Part shown: one piece after another, positions 61,131-64,000 of the stretch
Numbering within the stretch: position 1 is the stretch's first letter
Layout: every line of letters starts with the position of its first letter
Assembly: GCA_964016885.1 (NCBI GenBank)
Contig: OZ024743.1
Span: 218,984,001-219,048,000 of the forward strand
Reading direction: 5' to 3'
DNA: 64,000 nt
Origin: Eledone cirrhosa
Lineage: Eukaryota
Translations under genes and position numbers: made by a program
The notes under the pieces: model-generated
What the model was told of the DNA's origin: nothing
The model's input: only the letters and a program-made list of their open reading frames with translations
The model's database searches: none

Positions 61131-61539
61131 GTTGTGTTTATTATCTATATAGAAAATGATTTATTTCCCTTCTTTATAGAAAATGATTTCTTTCCCTCCT
61201 TTCTCAGTATGCCATAGCTTATTAGCTACATCTATTCTTAAGAATGACTTCAAGTTTTACCGAGTACCAATTTCTGATATTCATAGAAAAGGGTGCGTAG
61301 AACAGTCGTTCTCGCCCCCACTCCCCACCACAAAAAAATGGAATGTGCTGTGACAAGCTATTAGAAAATATATATGCCAAATATTTTTAAATGAAGTTTT
61401 AAAAACCATTTATTTTTTAATTTTCGTTGACTTTGAATATTGTTTTCTACACTTCGGATAAACTACTTCCAGCATCTTGAGTAATTGCTCTCTTATAATA
61501 TATAACAAACAGTGCAATAGCTACATAATATAAACATTT

Positions 61540-61954
61540 CCTCATCATCGATACCATCATAATCACGACCACTACCACCATCACCACCACCACAACCATC
61601 ATCATCATGATTATAACAATCATCATCGTCACCACCACCACCATCTCCATCATCATCATCACTACCACCATAACGATCATCATCATCACCACCACCACCA
61701 CAACCGCCACCATCATCATCATCATCACCACCGCCACCATCATCATCATCATAACCATCATCATCATCACCACCACTACCACCACCATCACCATCACCAC
61801 CACCACCACCACCGCCATCATCATCACCACCACCAACACTACCACCACCACCACCACCACCACCATCACCATCACTACAACCACCACTACCACCACCATC
61901 ACCACGACGACCACCACCACCACCACCACCACCACCACCATCATCATCACCACC
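61540..61954. repeat. (CAC/CAT)n trinucleotide array
   Basis: Direct reading. Confidence 0.95.
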
Positions 61955-62194
61955 TGACAGAGATTTCTATCATATTACGGAATACGTCACAACAATATGA
62001 CCCAGGCAGATTTGGCTTTCTTGGCATAAATTCACACACAAAACTATGAAATCAGCAGAAATATATAAATGTGAGGGCGTCATCGTCGTGATATAAACAC
62101 AAACAAACATATATATATATATGTATGTATGTGTGTGTACACATACATATATATATATATAGACATATATATATATATATATATATAAAAATAG

Positions 62195-62271
<77 letters not shown>

Positions 62272-62275
<4 letters not shown>

Positions 62276-62707
62276 GAAAAATTTGAACAGGGACAGAACA
62301 GAGAGGCAGTACAATAAATGTTTATTAAATTCACGCTCAGGAGAGTGGGGGGTAGGTGGGGGACGACGTTTCGGGCATAAGCCCTTCCTCAGGTGAGAAG
62401 TGTGTGGGAACAGAGTTCAAAAGGTGTGTAGGGGAGTGGTGGAGAGACATATAGCGAAAGGAAACGGTGCGAAGGAAAAATTAACAAATAAAGACAAAAA
62501 ATATAAAAAATATAAATAAAGCATGATCAAAATACAAGGAATGAGAAAATTAAAAAATAAAGGCATGATCAAAATAAACTGAAATTAAAAGGGGGGTAAA
62601 CAGGTGGTGGAAGGGTGTGGGGTGTATGGGGGTGGTGGCGGGTGGAGTGGGGGAGAGGGAGACGGGGTGTCCGAGCGGGGAGGGCTGAAGGTGGTGTGTG
62701 TGTGTAG

Positions 62708-62780
<73 letters not shown>

Positions 62781-63122
62781 TGAGGGTTGGGGGAAGAACG
62801 GGGTTGCATGTTCAGGAAGAGGTGTGTGGGGGGGGGGGGGGGTCGGAGTGTCTGTGCGCGTGTGGATAGGGGGGTGGGACGAGAGGAATCAGGAGGCTGA
62901 GGGTGTAAATATGTGGTGGGAAGCACGTGTGTGTGGGGTTTAAGCGTGTTGTGGGTGTGGGTGGCGTGTGGAGAAAAAAATGTTGTGGGTGTGTGTGTGG
63001 GTGAGTTATATAGGTGATGACGTAAGAGGATGGTTGAAAAGTTGGTAAGTTCCAAGGATGTTTGGAGATTTGGTTATAAGTCAATTTCTGCGTGTGGGTA
63101 ATCCATGAAGCGGTGGTAGACA
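62272..63122 (-). mobile_element. Penelope-like element 3' region/LTR with a minimal hammerhead (62362-62394)
   Basis: Minus strand CTGAGGA-AGGGC-TTAT-GCCC-GAAACGTC; homologous to 49225-49520; (TA)n both sides. Confidence 0.7.
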
Positions 63123-63225
63123 TATATATATGTATATATATATATATAGGAAGGGCACAAGCTACATAGTTATTCTGTCAGCATAAGCTGGGTGAATATA
63201 TGAGCGCGTAGAAAAAAGACACTTC

Positions 63226-63325
63226 TTATCAATAACTGCATTTTTTCTTTCCAGGGACTATGTTGAAAAATAAACCTCATCTGGTCATTCCATGAGAGTA
63301 TCTTGGTCATTTCGTGAGAGTATCT
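63226..63325. mobile_element. Mariner-derived MITE fragment
   Basis: Matches the internal part of 60334-60519. Confidence 0.65.
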
Positions 63326-63399
63326 CGTATTTCCAAAGCACACAAAAGCAGACGTGTGATTGGAAGTAAGTTTGATTTTTATCTATAGATACATATGTT

Positions 63400-63456
<57 letters not shown>

Positions 63457-64000
63457 GTATATATATATATTTATGTTTCCCCCATGGACTCAACTCCCCT
63501 CCCCAATTTCTTTAATATTACACTTGTACGTTCGTGATTACTTCTCTACCCTTTGCCCCGTCACGTTTATCCCGCCCGTTATCACACCCGCGCTTGTACA
63601 TTCACCCCTAGATTCCTATGGCTCTCTTATGGTCAGAAACATATACTCTTACAGTTAATACAGACCAACTAAATACGCACACACATCTCTACTTTTTCCC
63701 TTCACAGCTCTGTATACACACACACACACACACACACCCTTATATTAACATACTTTTGCTCCCAGCTTCGTACTTACAAGCACACACACATACTCTTTTA
63801 CTTACATATACACACACATATCTTCTTAGCTTCGTACGGACGTTCATTAACACAAACACACACGCGCGCGCGCGTATACAGACACACGCGCGCACACGTA
63901 CAGTTCTATATTCAAAATGTTTTTTTTTTTATTTCAGGTAGATGCACTCCATCATCCACTTTTCTAAAAGAAATATATCATACACAAAACGCCAGCATCA

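Overview
AT-rich, microsatellite-dense animal (eukaryotic) non-genic DNA; the repeat content suggests an octopus/coleoid cephalopod, which is an inference. I can support no host gene. The window is almost entirely mobile DNA, apparently sorted by microsatellite target. (1) R4/Dong-type restriction-like-endonuclease (RLE) retrotransposons of two families sit in (TACA)n, including one apparently full-length copy with an intact 1169-aa ORF (36688-40197). (2) A head-to-tail array of four Tx1-type (L1 clade) LINEs is joined by (GATA)n (19.75-30.76 kb). (3) A non-autonomous RTE-derived element inserts in the same (TACA)n arrays on the opposite strand. (4) There are RTE LINE fragments, many tRNA-derived SINEs, a deleted mariner, and mariner and hAT MITEs. 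(5) At least six sequence families of hammerhead-ribozyme-bearing Penelope-like/retrozyme elements lie mostly in (TA)n, and most have fold-back ends. Highlights are a non-coding ~431-nt tandem repeat with a hammerhead in every unit (candidate circular-RNA retrozyme, 31.5-32.8 kb), the intact (TACA)n-specific R4 element, a 44-bp satellite apparently born from a Tx1-like 3' terminus, and a telomere-like array that grew out of a SINE A-box.
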